In this document: piece by piece, positions 38,634-47,950 of the stretch | Numbering within the stretch: the stretch's first letter is position 1 | Layout: each line of letters starts with the position of its first letter | From: Vulcanimicrobiota bacterium | Lineage (GTDB): Bacteria > Vulcanimicrobiota > Xenobia > Xenobiales > JADMJV01 | DNA: 64,000 nt | Reading direction: 5' to 3' | NCBI GenBank assembly: GCA_050250895.1 | Contig: JBFWNU010000006.1 | Span: 507,720-571,719, forward strand | Program-made: the position numbers and the translations under genes | Notes under the pieces: generated by a model | What the model was told of the DNA's origin: nothing | Seen by the model: the letters and a program-made list of their open reading frames with translations, nothing else | Databases searched by the model: none

Positions 38634-39364
38634 GTTGCCTTGGGCTTCTGGCCGCTCTCGATCGCGCTCACGACTATCGGCAGGCCTGCCGCCACCTCAG
38701 GGAGCACCCGGCCCTGTTGAAGACGGCTCGCTCAGAGTATGCTCGCCTCGGTCGGATGTGCAGATCCGAGACGAGCGTTTGGCCCGGCTTGCCGGCGGCC
38801 GGCGCCGATGAGGTGGGTCGAGGCCCTCTGGCCGGCCCCCTGGTGGCAGCGGCGGTGGCTTTTGGTGAACGACCCTGGATACCGTGGCTCAAAGACTCTA
38901 AGAAGCTCAAACCCGAAGAGCGCGAGGAGTTGTGCGAGTGGGTCAAAGAGCGGGCCCTGGCCTTCGCGATCGGGGTGGTCAGCGTGGAAGAGATCAACGA
39001 CGGCAACCTTCACTTCCTGTCGCTCGAGGCGATGCGACGCGCCCTTGAGCAGCTTCCCCTGACCCTGGGAGTGGTGCTCATCGACGGCAAATACACCATC
39101 CCGGCCTTCTCCACGCCGCAGCAGGCGCTGATCAAAGGAGACGACAAGAGCGTCTGTATCGCCGCCGCCAGCATTCTGGCCAAGGTGACCCGGGACCGGA
39201 TGATGGTCGAACTTGAGGAGCGCTATCCCGGCTATGGACTGGCCGAACACAAGGGCTATGCCACCGAGTTCCATATGGAGGCTCTCCGGCGCCTCGGGCC
39301 CAGCCCGGTTCATCGCTTTAGCTTTGCTCCCGTGCGTGAAGCCTCGCAGGGACTTCTTTTCTAA
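38624..39364 (+). CDS. rnhB: Ribonuclease HII
   Basis: DEVGRGPLAGP, DSKKL, IAAASILAKVTRD, HKGY. Confidence 0.96.
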   Translation: MRVGCLGLLAALDRAHDYRQACRHLREHPALLKTARSEYARLGRMCRSETSVWPGLPAAGADEVGRGPLAGPLVAAAVAFGERPWIPWLKDSKKLKPEEREELCEWVKERALAFAIGVVSVEEINDGNLHFLSLEAMRRALEQLPLTLGVVLIDGKYTIPAFSTPQQALIKGDDKSVCIAAASILAKVTRDRMMVELEERYPGYGLAEHKGYATEFHMEALRRLGPSPVHRFSFAPVREASQGLLF

Positions 39365-39381
39365 AGCCGAAGGTGCCCTCG

Positions 39382-39840
39382 ATGAAGTGCGAACAATGCG
39401 GCGAAAGCAATCTTCCTGAAGCCAAATACTGCGAGGCCTGCGGTCACGAGTTGGGGACCGAACCCGAGTCCGAAGGACCTTCCTCCCCCATCGAATCAGG
39501 GGATCTCTCCGAGACTCGGCCAGGCTCACTGCGCGACGAGATTCCCTTTCTAACCGGGGCTGTGGATCAGGCCCGTGCTCGCATCGAAGATTGGAAGCAA
39601 AAGAGCGCACGCAAGCAGACCGAGAAGGTCCGCGAACGCGAATTTCGCGAGCAGGCCGCTGCCAGTGAGTCGAAAAAGGAGGGGGGCGGCCTGGGCCAAC
39701 GAGTCATGACCCTGCTGGTCGGCATTCTGGCCATCGCCGCCTTCATCTACATTCTGGTGCGCCTGCCGCGGGGCACTTCACCCACGGCCATCTGGGCTCT
39801 GGCCTGGAGTATCGCCCAGGACGTGTGTAGCGAGCAGTAA
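39382..39840 (+). CDS. Zinc-ribbon membrane protein
   Basis: CEQC...CEAC at the N-terminus; C-terminal TM helix. Confidence 0.75.
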   Translation: MKCEQCGESNLPEAKYCEACGHELGTEPESEGPSSPIESGDLSETRPGSLRDEIPFLTGAVDQARARIEDWKQKSARKQTEKVREREFREQAAASESKKEGGGLGQRVMTLLVGILAIAAFIYILVRLPRGTSPTAIWALAWSIAQDVCSEQ

Positions 39841-39870
39841 TTCCGCCGCCTTTTCTCGAAGTAGAAAGGC

Positions 39871-40125
39871 ATGCAATGTCATGAGTGTCGCCAGCCGGTG
39901 GACACCGACTTCCGCCGCTGTCCCCAGTGCGGAACCAAGCTTGCCACCGAGCAGCCGCGAAAGAAAAAAGACAAGAACAAAGTGGCCCTGGTCTATGCCT
40001 CGATCCTGATCGGATGGGCCCTGCTCTTCCCCTTCCTAACCCCCATTATCGTTCACTACTCCATGGACTACCAGGCTCGCCAGACGGGCGTGACCATCAC
40101 CCTGCCCCATGAAGTGAGACGATAA
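39871..40125 (+). CDS. Small zinc-ribbon membrane protein
   Basis: CHEC...CPQC, one TM helix. Confidence 0.75.
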   Translation: MQCHECRQPVDTDFRRCPQCGTKLATEQPRKKKDKNKVALVYASILIGWALLFPFLTPIIVHYSMDYQARQTGVTITLPHEVRR

Positions 40126-40401
40126 TAGACGGTAGTTTGGAGACGGTAGACGGTAGCAAAAGACGGTAGCCGTCGAGGACGCTCTGGGGGCTTGAGCGAC
40201 TGCTCACTGGGGCTTTGTTCGGCGGTTGCCGCAACGGCCTCAGCCACAAACTGCTCCCTCAACCTGCAACCACTTCGCGCTCTCCGGTTCTCCGGTCTCT
40301 CAATCCAACCGAAGCCGACGTCTCGCCCGGCCGATGACCCCACCTCGCGGCAAAACAAGAGCGACAGGCTTGCGCCTGTCGCTCTCTACCGTCTACCGTC
40401 T
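40126..40401. repeat. Intergenic element bounded by inverted AGACGGT heptamer repeats
   Basis: AGACGGT(AG) x4 at 40127-40169; CTACCGTCTACCGTCT at 40386-40401. Confidence 0.7.
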
Positions 40402-40411
40402 GACGACTAGA

Positions 40412-42250
40412 TCACGGTTGTTCCTCGGCGAGCACGATGGCCAGGAAGATGCAGACCAGACCGTTGCCCAGCAGCCAGAGGCGGCTGAGGAACAGCGGCA
40501 CGAAGAGCACGCTGACGGTGTTGAGGGCCGCAGCGAAGAGCAGGTGGGCGGCCACGCCGGCCGTGAACCCCGCCACAATGGCGCGGAGCCACGATTTCTC
40601 GACCACCAGGATGGCCAGCAGCATCGGGATGAGGCAACTGAACATGATGGGGTTGCCGTGATGAGCGGTCCCCAGCAGTAGCATATCCCAGGACGGAAAT
40701 CCACGGGTCAGGTAGGGACAATAGGGGGTGATGTTGCTCATGAAGAGCGGCAGGAAGAACAGCCCGCCTGAAGCCATCACGGCCCCCGGCACGGTCAGCG
40801 CCACCTCGTGAAGAGCGCCCCGGCGAATGATGGGCACCACCACCAGCGCCAGGATTACCAGAGCCACCACCAGAGTCCAGGCGTTGTAGGTGACAGAAGC
40901 CCGGAAGGCGGCGGCTTCGGCATCGATGAGGCCGGCGCCGTAACCGCGCTCTTTGGCGTCGTCGCCCATGAACTTGGCGGTGGACTGCATCACCTTGAGA
41001 ATGGCGTCAGGGTTGGTCACACCGGCCGAGGCCACCAGGGCGGCCACGCCAGCCGCGTGAGGCGATGCCATCGAGGTGCCCTGGAAGAAGTAATAGTCGG
41101 ACTTCTGGGGGTTGCCCACGGCGATGGTGTTCTGAAGAACACCGCCTTTGGGATTGTTGCGGGTATCCCCGCCGGGAGCGGCGATGTCGATGCTGGGACC
41201 GTAGTTGGTGTAGAAGGTCAGCTCTTCGGCCATGTTGACGGCTGAAACCGAGACGGCCTCAGGATAGCCGGCGGGATAGCCCGAGCGACCGCTCGACGAG
41301 TTGCCAGCGGCGCAAACCACGATCGAGCCCTTGGCGTGAGCGTGGCGCACGGCCGCCCCCATGGTGGAGTCAGGGAACGGACCACCCAGGCTCATGTTGA
41401 TCACGGTAGCGCCGTGGTCGGCCGAAAAGCGGATGCCATCGGCCACATCAGCCAGAGTGCCGCCGCCTCGGGCTGATAACACCTTGACCGGCATGATGGT
41501 AGCTCCCCAGGCGACTCCGGCTACCCCCTTGCCGTTATTGGTCGACTGGGCGATGGTACCGGCCACATGGGTGCCGTGACAGTGGTCGTCGACGGCTTCG
41601 GGACGGTTGTGCACGAAGTCGTAACCTACGACGAACCCGGTGTTCTCGAGGTCTTCAACCTGATGAAAACGGTCTCCGAAGTCGCGGTAGGCTACCCCGG
41701 TGTCGATCACCGAAACGACCACCCGGCGACCGGTCGACCACTTCCAGGCTTTGACCGCGTGAATCTGGTCCATATGCCACTGCTCGTTGAAGCGGGGGTC
41801 GTCGGGGAAACTCTCGGGCGAAGGTTGGTCGGTGATCTCGTAGTACCAGTTAGGACTGACACTCTCGACTCTGGGATCGGCCTGGAGACGGTCGATCATC
41901 TCACCGATTCTCGATTCGTCGAGGTGAGCCACGGTCAGGCACGACTCCGCCGAATGGATCGAGTTGTAATGCAGGTCGAGGCCATAGTCACGACCGAGCT
42001 CCCGAATCTGGGCGGGAGTCAGTCCGTCGACGGCGTCAACCACCAGGGTGTCGGTCTCACGGGGAATGCCGCCCGGGAGCGGCCCTTCCCCATCGGCGTC
42101 AGCAACGGTCAAGACAAGCTCACCGTCATGCTCGAGCATGTCGGACGGCACCCTGGGTGCCATGGCCCGTCCCGCCATCATCAGGAGATTGAGGATCAAG
42201 AGCCCGGCCAGGCCGACTCCCAATACCTTTCTCAGACTACGTTTGGTCAA
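40412..42250 (-). CDS. Subtilisin-like S8 protease with N-terminal signal/anchor and C-terminal multi-TM domain
   Basis: IDTG, HGTHVAG, AAGN, GTSMASPH; TTG start after GGAGG. Confidence 0.92.
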   Translation of the reverse strand: MTKRSLRKVLGVGLAGLLILNLLMMAGRAMAPRVPSDMLEHDGELVLTVADADGEGPLPGGIPRETDTLVVDAVDGLTPAQIRELGRDYGLDLHYNSIHSAESCLTVAHLDESRIGEMIDRLQADPRVESVSPNWYYEITDQPSPESFPDDPRFNEQWHMDQIHAVKAWKWSTGRRVVVSVIDTGVAYRDFGDRFHQVEDLENTGFVVGYDFVHNRPEAVDDHCHGTHVAGTIAQSTNNGKGVAGVAWGATIMPVKVLSARGGGTLADVADGIRFSADHGATVINMSLGGPFPDSTMGAAVRHAHAKGSIVVCAAGNSSSGRSGYPAGYPEAVSVSAVNMAEELTFYTNYGPSIDIAAPGGDTRNNPKGGVLQNTIAVGNPQKSDYYFFQGTSMASPHAAGVAALVASAGVTNPDAILKVMQSTAKFMGDDAKERGYGAGLIDAEAAAFRASVTYNAWTLVVALVILALVVVPIIRRGALHEVALTVPGAVMASGGLFFLPLFMSNITPYCPYLTRGFPSWDMLLLGTAHHGNPIMFSCLIPMLLAILVVEKSWLRAIVAGFTAGVAAHLLFAAALNTVSVLFVPLFLSRLWLLGNGLVCIFLAIVLAEEQP

Positions 42251-42312
42251 GTTGATTCCTCCAAGAAGTTGTCGCGTCGAGAATTCGCGAAAAACCGAGA
42301 ATTCCCCCCGGC

Positions 42313-44208
42313 TCAAATCTGAGACAGGCGTCCCTCGTGTTGCGGATGAAAGTTCTTCACCAGTTGGGCCAACAGCGCGAGGCTACGCCGGTCGTCACAG
42401 GCTTGAGCAGCCTCTCGCATTGCTTCCAGCGACGGGCCCGGCCAGTCTCCTTCCGGCGGCGGGCTGGTCACCCGCTGGATCTTGGCCGCCTCGGTGGCCT
42501 CGACATCCTCACCGACATTGGTGAGTTCTTCGTGCATCTTCTCGCCCTGGCGAACGCCGATGAACTGGATCTCGATATCGCGGTCGGGCTCGTAACCCGA
42601 AAGCCGAATCAGATTGCGGGCCAGATCCACGATGCGCACCGGATTGCCCATGTCGAGCACATAGATCTCTCCTCCACGAGCCATCGAGCCGGCCTGGAGC
42701 ACCAGCGCTACGGCTTCGGGAATGGTCATGAAAAAACGCGACATCTCGGGGTCGGTGACCGTCACCGGACCCCCGCTCTCGATCTGACTGCGAAAAGTCG
42801 GGATGACGCTCCCGCGCGAACCAAGCACGTTGCCAAAGCGCACAGCCGCAAATCCCGGCCCCGGATTCTTGGCCAACAGTAGCTCGCACATCCTTTTGGT
42901 GGCGCCCATCACGCTGGTAGGATTGACGGCTTTGTCGCTCGAGAGCAGGATGAACTTGCCCGTCTGGAACTCCTTGCACAACTCCATCACGGTCAAAGTG
43001 CCAAAGACATTATTGGCGATCGCCTCGGCCACATCTTGTTCCATCAAAGGCACATGCTTGTGGGCGGCGGCGTGGAACACGACTTCGGGCTTGACCCGCT
43101 CGAAGACCGCCCGCATGCCGGCCCGGTTGCGCACATCGCAAATCGAACTTTGGACGGGTTTGCCAGCCAGCTCGACCAGCAACTCGTGAATGCTGTTCTC
43201 ACCTCGCCCCAGCAGCACCACCGTGGCGGGCTTGAAGTCGAGCACCTGGCGGCAGATCTCGGCCCCGATGGAGCCTCCGGCTCCGGTCACCAGCACCCGC
43301 TTGCCCTGCAGATACGAGGCGATGCGCTCGGGTTCAAGGGGAATGGTTTCGCGCTCGAGTAAGTCCTCGATGCGCAGCTCTCGCAGGCGCGACACCTGGA
43401 CATGGCCGGCTACCAGTTCGGTGGCGGCCGGCACGATCTTGAGCCGAAGCTCGAGGCCCTCGGTCAGCCGCACCACCTCGCTGGTCTGGCCCGGGGTCAA
43501 TTGGGCCAGCACCAATTCTTCGACCTCGTGTTGAGAAACCAGGCCGGGTAACTCGGCCAGACTGCCCAGGATCGGCACGCCGCGAATGCTGGCGGCGGCC
43601 AACTGGCTCTTCTCGTCTACGAAACCGACCACCTGATGGCCCGAGTCGGCCCGGCTGAGATCGCGCAGCACCGACTCGCCCCCGTCGTTGGCTCCCACGA
43701 TGAGGACCCGAACCCGATGCAGGCTGCGCGTGGCTCGCTCGCTGGCCAGGCGCAAGGTCAAGCGGGCTCCGCCCACCATCGGAATGACCAGCAGCCAGGT
43801 CAGGATGGGACCGGTGCGGGGAAAGATGAAGCCACCGCTGAGCACGGCCAGAAACTGGAAGGGCAGCAGGCTGACCGTCACGGCCACCACCAGTTCGATG
43901 AGTTCGCGAATGCCGGCATAGCGCCACACCCGGTCATACAGGCCAAAGAGATAGAAGATGACCACGCTAACGGCCGATACGGCGGCAAACCACAGCTGAT
44001 TATCGAGAAAGCGAGCCATCAACTCGAAATCGAAGTCGAGCCGCAGCCCCACCGACAGAAACAAACTAAACCACACCAACAAGAAGTCAGTAATGGCCAG
44101 CGCAGCTTTCTGCTTCCTGGTCAAGTCGGCGGTAATCTCATTCCACGGATCGTTGGCGTTTCGAATGATCGGCCGATAGAACCTTTTGAAGCTGCCTTCT
44201 ATCGGCAA
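42313..44208 (-). CDS. Membrane-bound nucleotide-sugar 4,6-dehydratase (CapD/WbpM/PglF family)
   Basis: 4 TM helices, TGAGGSIG, HAAAHKHVP, SSDKAVNP, RFGNVLGSRGSV. Confidence 0.93.
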   Translation of the reverse strand: MPIEGSFKRFYRPIIRNANDPWNEITADLTRKQKAALAITDFLLVWFSLFLSVGLRLDFDFELMARFLDNQLWFAAVSAVSVVIFYLFGLYDRVWRYAGIRELIELVVAVTVSLLPFQFLAVLSGGFIFPRTGPILTWLLVIPMVGGARLTLRLASERATRSLHRVRVLIVGANDGGESVLRDLSRADSGHQVVGFVDEKSQLAAASIRGVPILGSLAELPGLVSQHEVEELVLAQLTPGQTSEVVRLTEGLELRLKIVPAATELVAGHVQVSRLRELRIEDLLERETIPLEPERIASYLQGKRVLVTGAGGSIGAEICRQVLDFKPATVVLLGRGENSIHELLVELAGKPVQSSICDVRNRAGMRAVFERVKPEVVFHAAAHKHVPLMEQDVAEAIANNVFGTLTVMELCKEFQTGKFILLSSDKAVNPTSVMGATKRMCELLLAKNPGPGFAAVRFGNVLGSRGSVIPTFRSQIESGGPVTVTDPEMSRFFMTIPEAVALVLQAGSMARGGEIYVLDMGNPVRIVDLARNLIRLSGYEPDRDIEIQFIGVRQGEKMHEELTNVGEDVEATEAAKIQRVTSPPPEGDWPGPSLEAMREAAQACDDRRSLALLAQLVKNFHPQHEGRLSQI

Positions 44209-44314
44209 ATGGATAGCGGCTTAGGTCAAGAGGGTTTACAAAACGTTAACAACAAGAAACGAGACGAAGGCTCGCGCCTGTAGTATGATGGTGGAAGCAC
44301 CCAGGAGGTTTCGC

Positions 44315-45034
44315 ATGCTGGAAAATGTCGACCGCATCATGAGCAGGATGCAGCAGATCGAACGCAAGATGGAAGGCAACCCCGTCCAGTCGAGCGACTT
44401 TCAGCAGTTGATGAACGAACGCCTCGGCCAGCCCGAGAAGGCTGCCAAAGCCGGTCAGATGGGCCAGAACAAGCTCGACGCGATGGCCAACATCAATCGC
44501 CTGACCGCCATGCAGAACCTCAATCCCCTCGGCGGCAGCTGCAGCAACGCCAGCGCCGTGGTTCCCCTGGCTCAGAACAACTCGGTCTCGTGCGGCCAGA
44601 CCAGTGTGGCCATGTGCATCAACGCCCTTACCGGCAAGAATTATCAAGACTACGACATCAACAACAAATACGGCTTCGAGTTGCTCAACGCCCTCAAAGC
44701 CGAAACCCAGTCGGCCGGCTACAGCTGGCACGACGGTGGCGAAGTCTCGGCCAGCAGTTGGAACCTCATCGACCACAAGGTCAACGTCGAAAAACTTCCC
44801 GTCATCGTGGCCCTCAACGGTCCCGAATTCTCGCCTTCGGGCCGGGGTCACATCGTGACCATCATCAAAACCGAGGGCGACAACGTCACCTACGCCGACC
44901 CGGCCACGGGGACCTTGAAAACCACCACCAAACAAGCCATGAACATGGCCCCGCAACACCCCGACGGCAACTTCATCTTCTACTCCAATCAAGAGAACCA
45001 GGCCCTCCCCACCAACATTCTTCCCTTCAGCTGA
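44315..45034 (+). CDS. C39-like (papain-fold) cysteine peptidase with helical N-terminal domain
   Basis: QNNSVSCGQTSVAM, GHIV, YADP; AGGAGG RBS before the ATG at 44315. Confidence 0.8.
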   Translation: MLENVDRIMSRMQQIERKMEGNPVQSSDFQQLMNERLGQPEKAAKAGQMGQNKLDAMANINRLTAMQNLNPLGGSCSNASAVVPLAQNNSVSCGQTSVAMCINALTGKNYQDYDINNKYGFELLNALKAETQSAGYSWHDGGEVSASSWNLIDHKVNVEKLPVIVALNGPEFSPSGRGHIVTIIKTEGDNVTYADPATGTLKTTTKQAMNMAPQHPDGNFIFYSNQENQALPTNILPFS

Positions 45035-45040
45035 CGTGAT

Positions 45041-45117
45041 TCAGCGCTTCGCGCTGAGAAGGGGAACCGCTTCGCGGTGATTTCGCCCTGCGGGCGACGA
45101 GCAGCGGCCTGTGGCCG
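45041..45117. repeat. Cluster of four short GC palindromes (REP-like)
   Basis: TCAGCGCTTCGCGCTGA, ACCGCTTCGCGGT, TCGCCCTGCGGGCGA, CGGCCTGTGGCCG. Confidence 0.6.
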
Positions 45118-45297
45118 AGATGCCGACTCTGGTTCTCCCGGTGAAGCCGGGCTCCATTCCCTCGAGCGAAGCAAAAGCTCCTTCCTCGCCCGCCAAGCGG
45201 GCGCTCCTCGTTTGACCAAAGTTTCATAACGGGGCTACATCTAACCAGGCGGCCAATCATAGTATGAGGACGTATCATCGCTGGAGGCGTCTTCGAA

Positions 45298-46107
45298 ATG
45301 AATGTTACCGCGCTCAAACCGGGTCTGATGGCCCGCACCCATAACGCTGGCCAGGCCGAGCCCAATCCGCCGGCCGACAACAACGAACCCAAAGAGAGTG
45401 TTCGCTTTAGCGTCGGCAAAGCCGCCGCGGGCCTGGGTGGCGCCGCTGTTGGCTATGTGGGTGCCAATCTGGCCACCACCGCCGTCAGCACCGTAGCCCT
45501 GGGAACCGGTTCCTTGCCCGGTCTTCTCCAGTTGACAGTGGCCGCACTTCCCAAGGTCGAAGTCAGCGCCGAGTTGGCCGGACTGGTTCAGAACGGGCTG
45601 GTGAGTGGATTCGCCGTCGGCGCCCTGGTAGGAACGGCAGCCGCCATCGGGGCCGGAGCGGCTATCGCCTATCATGCCGCCGCGGGAGCCCAGTTGGCCG
45701 ACCCCACCGCCGCCCCCGCCACCGAGAGCAAAGGATTCTTCAATCAGCTCGGCAGCGAGTTCCGCCAGAGCGGTGCCGAGATGAACGCCCAGCTTCACCA
45801 GGTCGCCCAGGCCGACTCGTACGGCGGTGCCGCCAAAGCCGGCGCCTTCGCGGGCGCCTCGCTGGCCGGCCCGGTCGGAGCCTACGCCGGCAAGTTCCAG
45901 GGAATGTTCCTGGGCGCGGCCATCGGGGCCGTGGCCTGCTTGCCCCTAATGCAGCAAATTCACCCGGCCCTGGGCCTGATCGGTGTGGTCGCCGGCGGCG
46001 CCACCGGTGCCGCCATCGGTGAGCCGGTCGGACACTTCGCCGGCTCGGTGGCCGGGGCCGCCGTGGGTGCAGTGGGCGGAGCCGCCTACCACGCCGTGCG
46101 CGGTTAG
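45298..46107 (+). CDS. Glycine-zipper multi-helix membrane protein
   Basis: GGAGG RBS; repeated GAxxG/GxxxG hydrophobic helices after a polar leader. Confidence 0.78.
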   Translation: MNVTALKPGLMARTHNAGQAEPNPPADNNEPKESVRFSVGKAAAGLGGAAVGYVGANLATTAVSTVALGTGSLPGLLQLTVAALPKVEVSAELAGLVQNGLVSGFAVGALVGTAAAIGAGAAIAYHAAAGAQLADPTAAPATESKGFFNQLGSEFRQSGAEMNAQLHQVAQADSYGGAAKAGAFAGASLAGPVGAYAGKFQGMFLGAAIGAVACLPLMQQIHPALGLIGVVAGGATGAAIGEPVGHFAGSVAGAAVGAVGGAAYHAVRG

Positions 46108-46886
46108 TCTTCTAGTTCGATAGCTTCGTTGAAGCGATACAGTCGGGCCGGCCTTTGCCGGCCCTTCTTTTGTTTCTCGTCGGTCTCGAGAACCACATCA
46201 GAAGCGAGGATCTTCTTGCGAAAGTTGCGCTTGTCGAGTTCTTTGCCGAGCACGACCTCGTAAGCCTGCTGAAGCTGGGTCAGGGTAAATTTCTCTGGCA
46301 TCAACTGAAAGGCCACCCGCGAGTTCATGATCTTGGCCCGCAGGCGAGTCAGAGCTCTCGACAGAATCAAGTCATGATCAAAAGCCAGTTCAGGCAGGTG
46401 GTAGACGCTCCACCAGCGAGCTTCGCGGGCATCGGCGTTGGCCGCCGGAGTCAGCCGCTGGTTAGGCACCAGCGCATAGTAGGCCACCGTGATCACGCGC
46501 GTTCGCGGGTCCCGCTCGAGAGCTCCAAAGGTATGCAATTGCTCGAGGAACACGTCCTTGACGCCGGTCTCTTCGAGCAGTTCGCGAGCAGCGGCCGCTT
46601 CCAGGCCCTCGGCCTCGCGCACGAAGCCACCCGGCAAAGCCCACCGGTCGCGAAATGGCCATTGCCCACGACGCACCAGCAGAACGCGAAGTTCCCGTTC
46701 CTGCAGAGTGAAGATGACGACATCGACAGTGACCGACGGGCGAAAAAATCGGCCAACCTCATAGTTCTTCGCCTCGGGAAGCTGGCGCTCCGCTTCGACT
46801 TCGGCCTGAATCTGGGCGAGCGTACGGACGGGTATAGGCGATTCGAGCAGGGTGGTGACCTCCAACACGGGGCGACGTTTCCTCAT
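46104..46886 (-). CDS. NrtR-like regulator (Nudix + winged HTH)
   Basis: WALPGG...AAARELLEETG, RDPRTR, LAFDH, FTLTQLQ, DKRNFRKK, RPARLY. Confidence 0.9.
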   Translation of the reverse strand: MRKRRPVLEVTTLLESPIPVRTLAQIQAEVEAERQLPEAKNYEVGRFFRPSVTVDVVIFTLQERELRVLLVRRGQWPFRDRWALPGGFVREAEGLEAAAARELLEETGVKDVFLEQLHTFGALERDPRTRVITVAYYALVPNQRLTPAANADAREARWWSVYHLPELAFDHDLILSRALTRLRAKIMNSRVAFQLMPEKFTLTQLQQAYEVVLGKELDKRNFRKKILASDVVLETDEKQKKGRQRPARLYRFNEAIELED

Positions 46887-46953
46887 AGAACCGCTGTCCC
46901 CTCCCCCAGTGTCAAAAGGAGATCCTAACACGAAGACCAAAAACTGGTCGCCT

Positions 46954-47778
46954 ATGGGAGAAAACAAGCCAGGAGTCTCTAGAATCGGGGTCACCTTTCG
47001 TGACCGCCACGATGGGGCCGAGCAAGCCCAGGCCAGAGCCCAGGCGCAGTTAGAGTCCCAGGGGGTCAAAGTCTTTGACCTCGGACAGGTGCTCGACGGC
47101 GAAGATGTGGATGTCTTGCTTGCCTTTGGCGGCGACGGCACCCTGCTGCACGCCTCCCGCTTGATGGGCACTCGCAACATTCCGGTGCTGGGCGTGAACT
47201 TCGGCCGGGTTGGTTATCTTTGCGCCGTGACCGAAGAACAACTCGACGAGACCCTCGAGGTCCTGGTGCGCGGTGTCTATCGCGTCGAAGAGCGTTGTAT
47301 GCTGCGAGCCACGGTCCTCAACCGTCGCGAAGTAGTGTGGCAGGTCGACGCCTTCAACGAGGTGCTGGTGGGTGGCAGCAACCGAACCCTCAGCCTGGAT
47401 GTCTCGATTAGTGGCGAGCATATCGGCACCATCGTTGGCGATGGAGTGATCATCGCCACTCGCACCGGTTCCACCGCCTACGCCATGTCGGCCGGGGGCC
47501 CGGTCGTCTTGCTCGAATCGATGGTGCTGGTAGCCTCGAACGCCATCTCGTCAGCCCTGCTGGCCCCCACCGTGTTGCCGATGCACGCTACGGTCGAGAT
47601 CACCAACCGGACCAAGGTGACTCGACCTTACGTGATTGCCGACGGCCAAAAAGATTATCAGATCCTCGACGGTACCGTCATCCAGGTAGAGCGATCCCCC
47701 AACTCGGTGCTGTTGGTTGACCCAGGCCTCGTCAGTCCGCTGGCAAAACTTACCAAAAAATCTGCCGAGCGGACATAA
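46954..47778 (+). CDS. nadK: NAD+ kinase
   Basis: GGDGTLL, GRVGYL, NE, GDGVIIATRTGSTAYAMSAGGP. Confidence 0.95.
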   Translation: MGENKPGVSRIGVTFRDRHDGAEQAQARAQAQLESQGVKVFDLGQVLDGEDVDVLLAFGGDGTLLHASRLMGTRNIPVLGVNFGRVGYLCAVTEEQLDETLEVLVRGVYRVEERCMLRATVLNRREVVWQVDAFNEVLVGGSNRTLSLDVSISGEHIGTIVGDGVIIATRTGSTAYAMSAGGPVVLLESMVLVASNAISSALLAPTVLPMHATVEITNRTKVTRPYVIADGQKDYQILDGTVIQVERSPNSVLLVDPGLVSPLAKLTKKSAERT

Positions 47779-47784
47779 TTTCGA

Positions 47785-47818
47785 TTGATCATCTCGGTTC
47801 GAGCCGCTATACTCGAAC
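47785..47818 (+). promoter_or_regulatory. Sigma70 promoter with inverted repeat over the -10
   Basis: TTGATC-N17-TATACT; GTTCGAG/CTCGAAC at 47797-47803 and 47812-47818. Confidence 0.6.
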
Positions 47819-47950
47819 TAGAGTTTCCTTCGAGGCTTTGGCCTCGAGTCCGGGGGGGGCGTTTTAGGGACTCTCCCCCCGCTATTAGACCAGGTTGATG
47901 CGTAGCTGTTCGGTCGCGCATCAGGTGGGTTAAAGAGAGGAGTTGGCACT

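Noticed and set aside
26095-39364. mutL-miaA-hfq, fabF-rnc and rplS-lepB-rbgA-rnhB clusters as novel systems
   Set aside because: Well-known conserved housekeeping gene orders.
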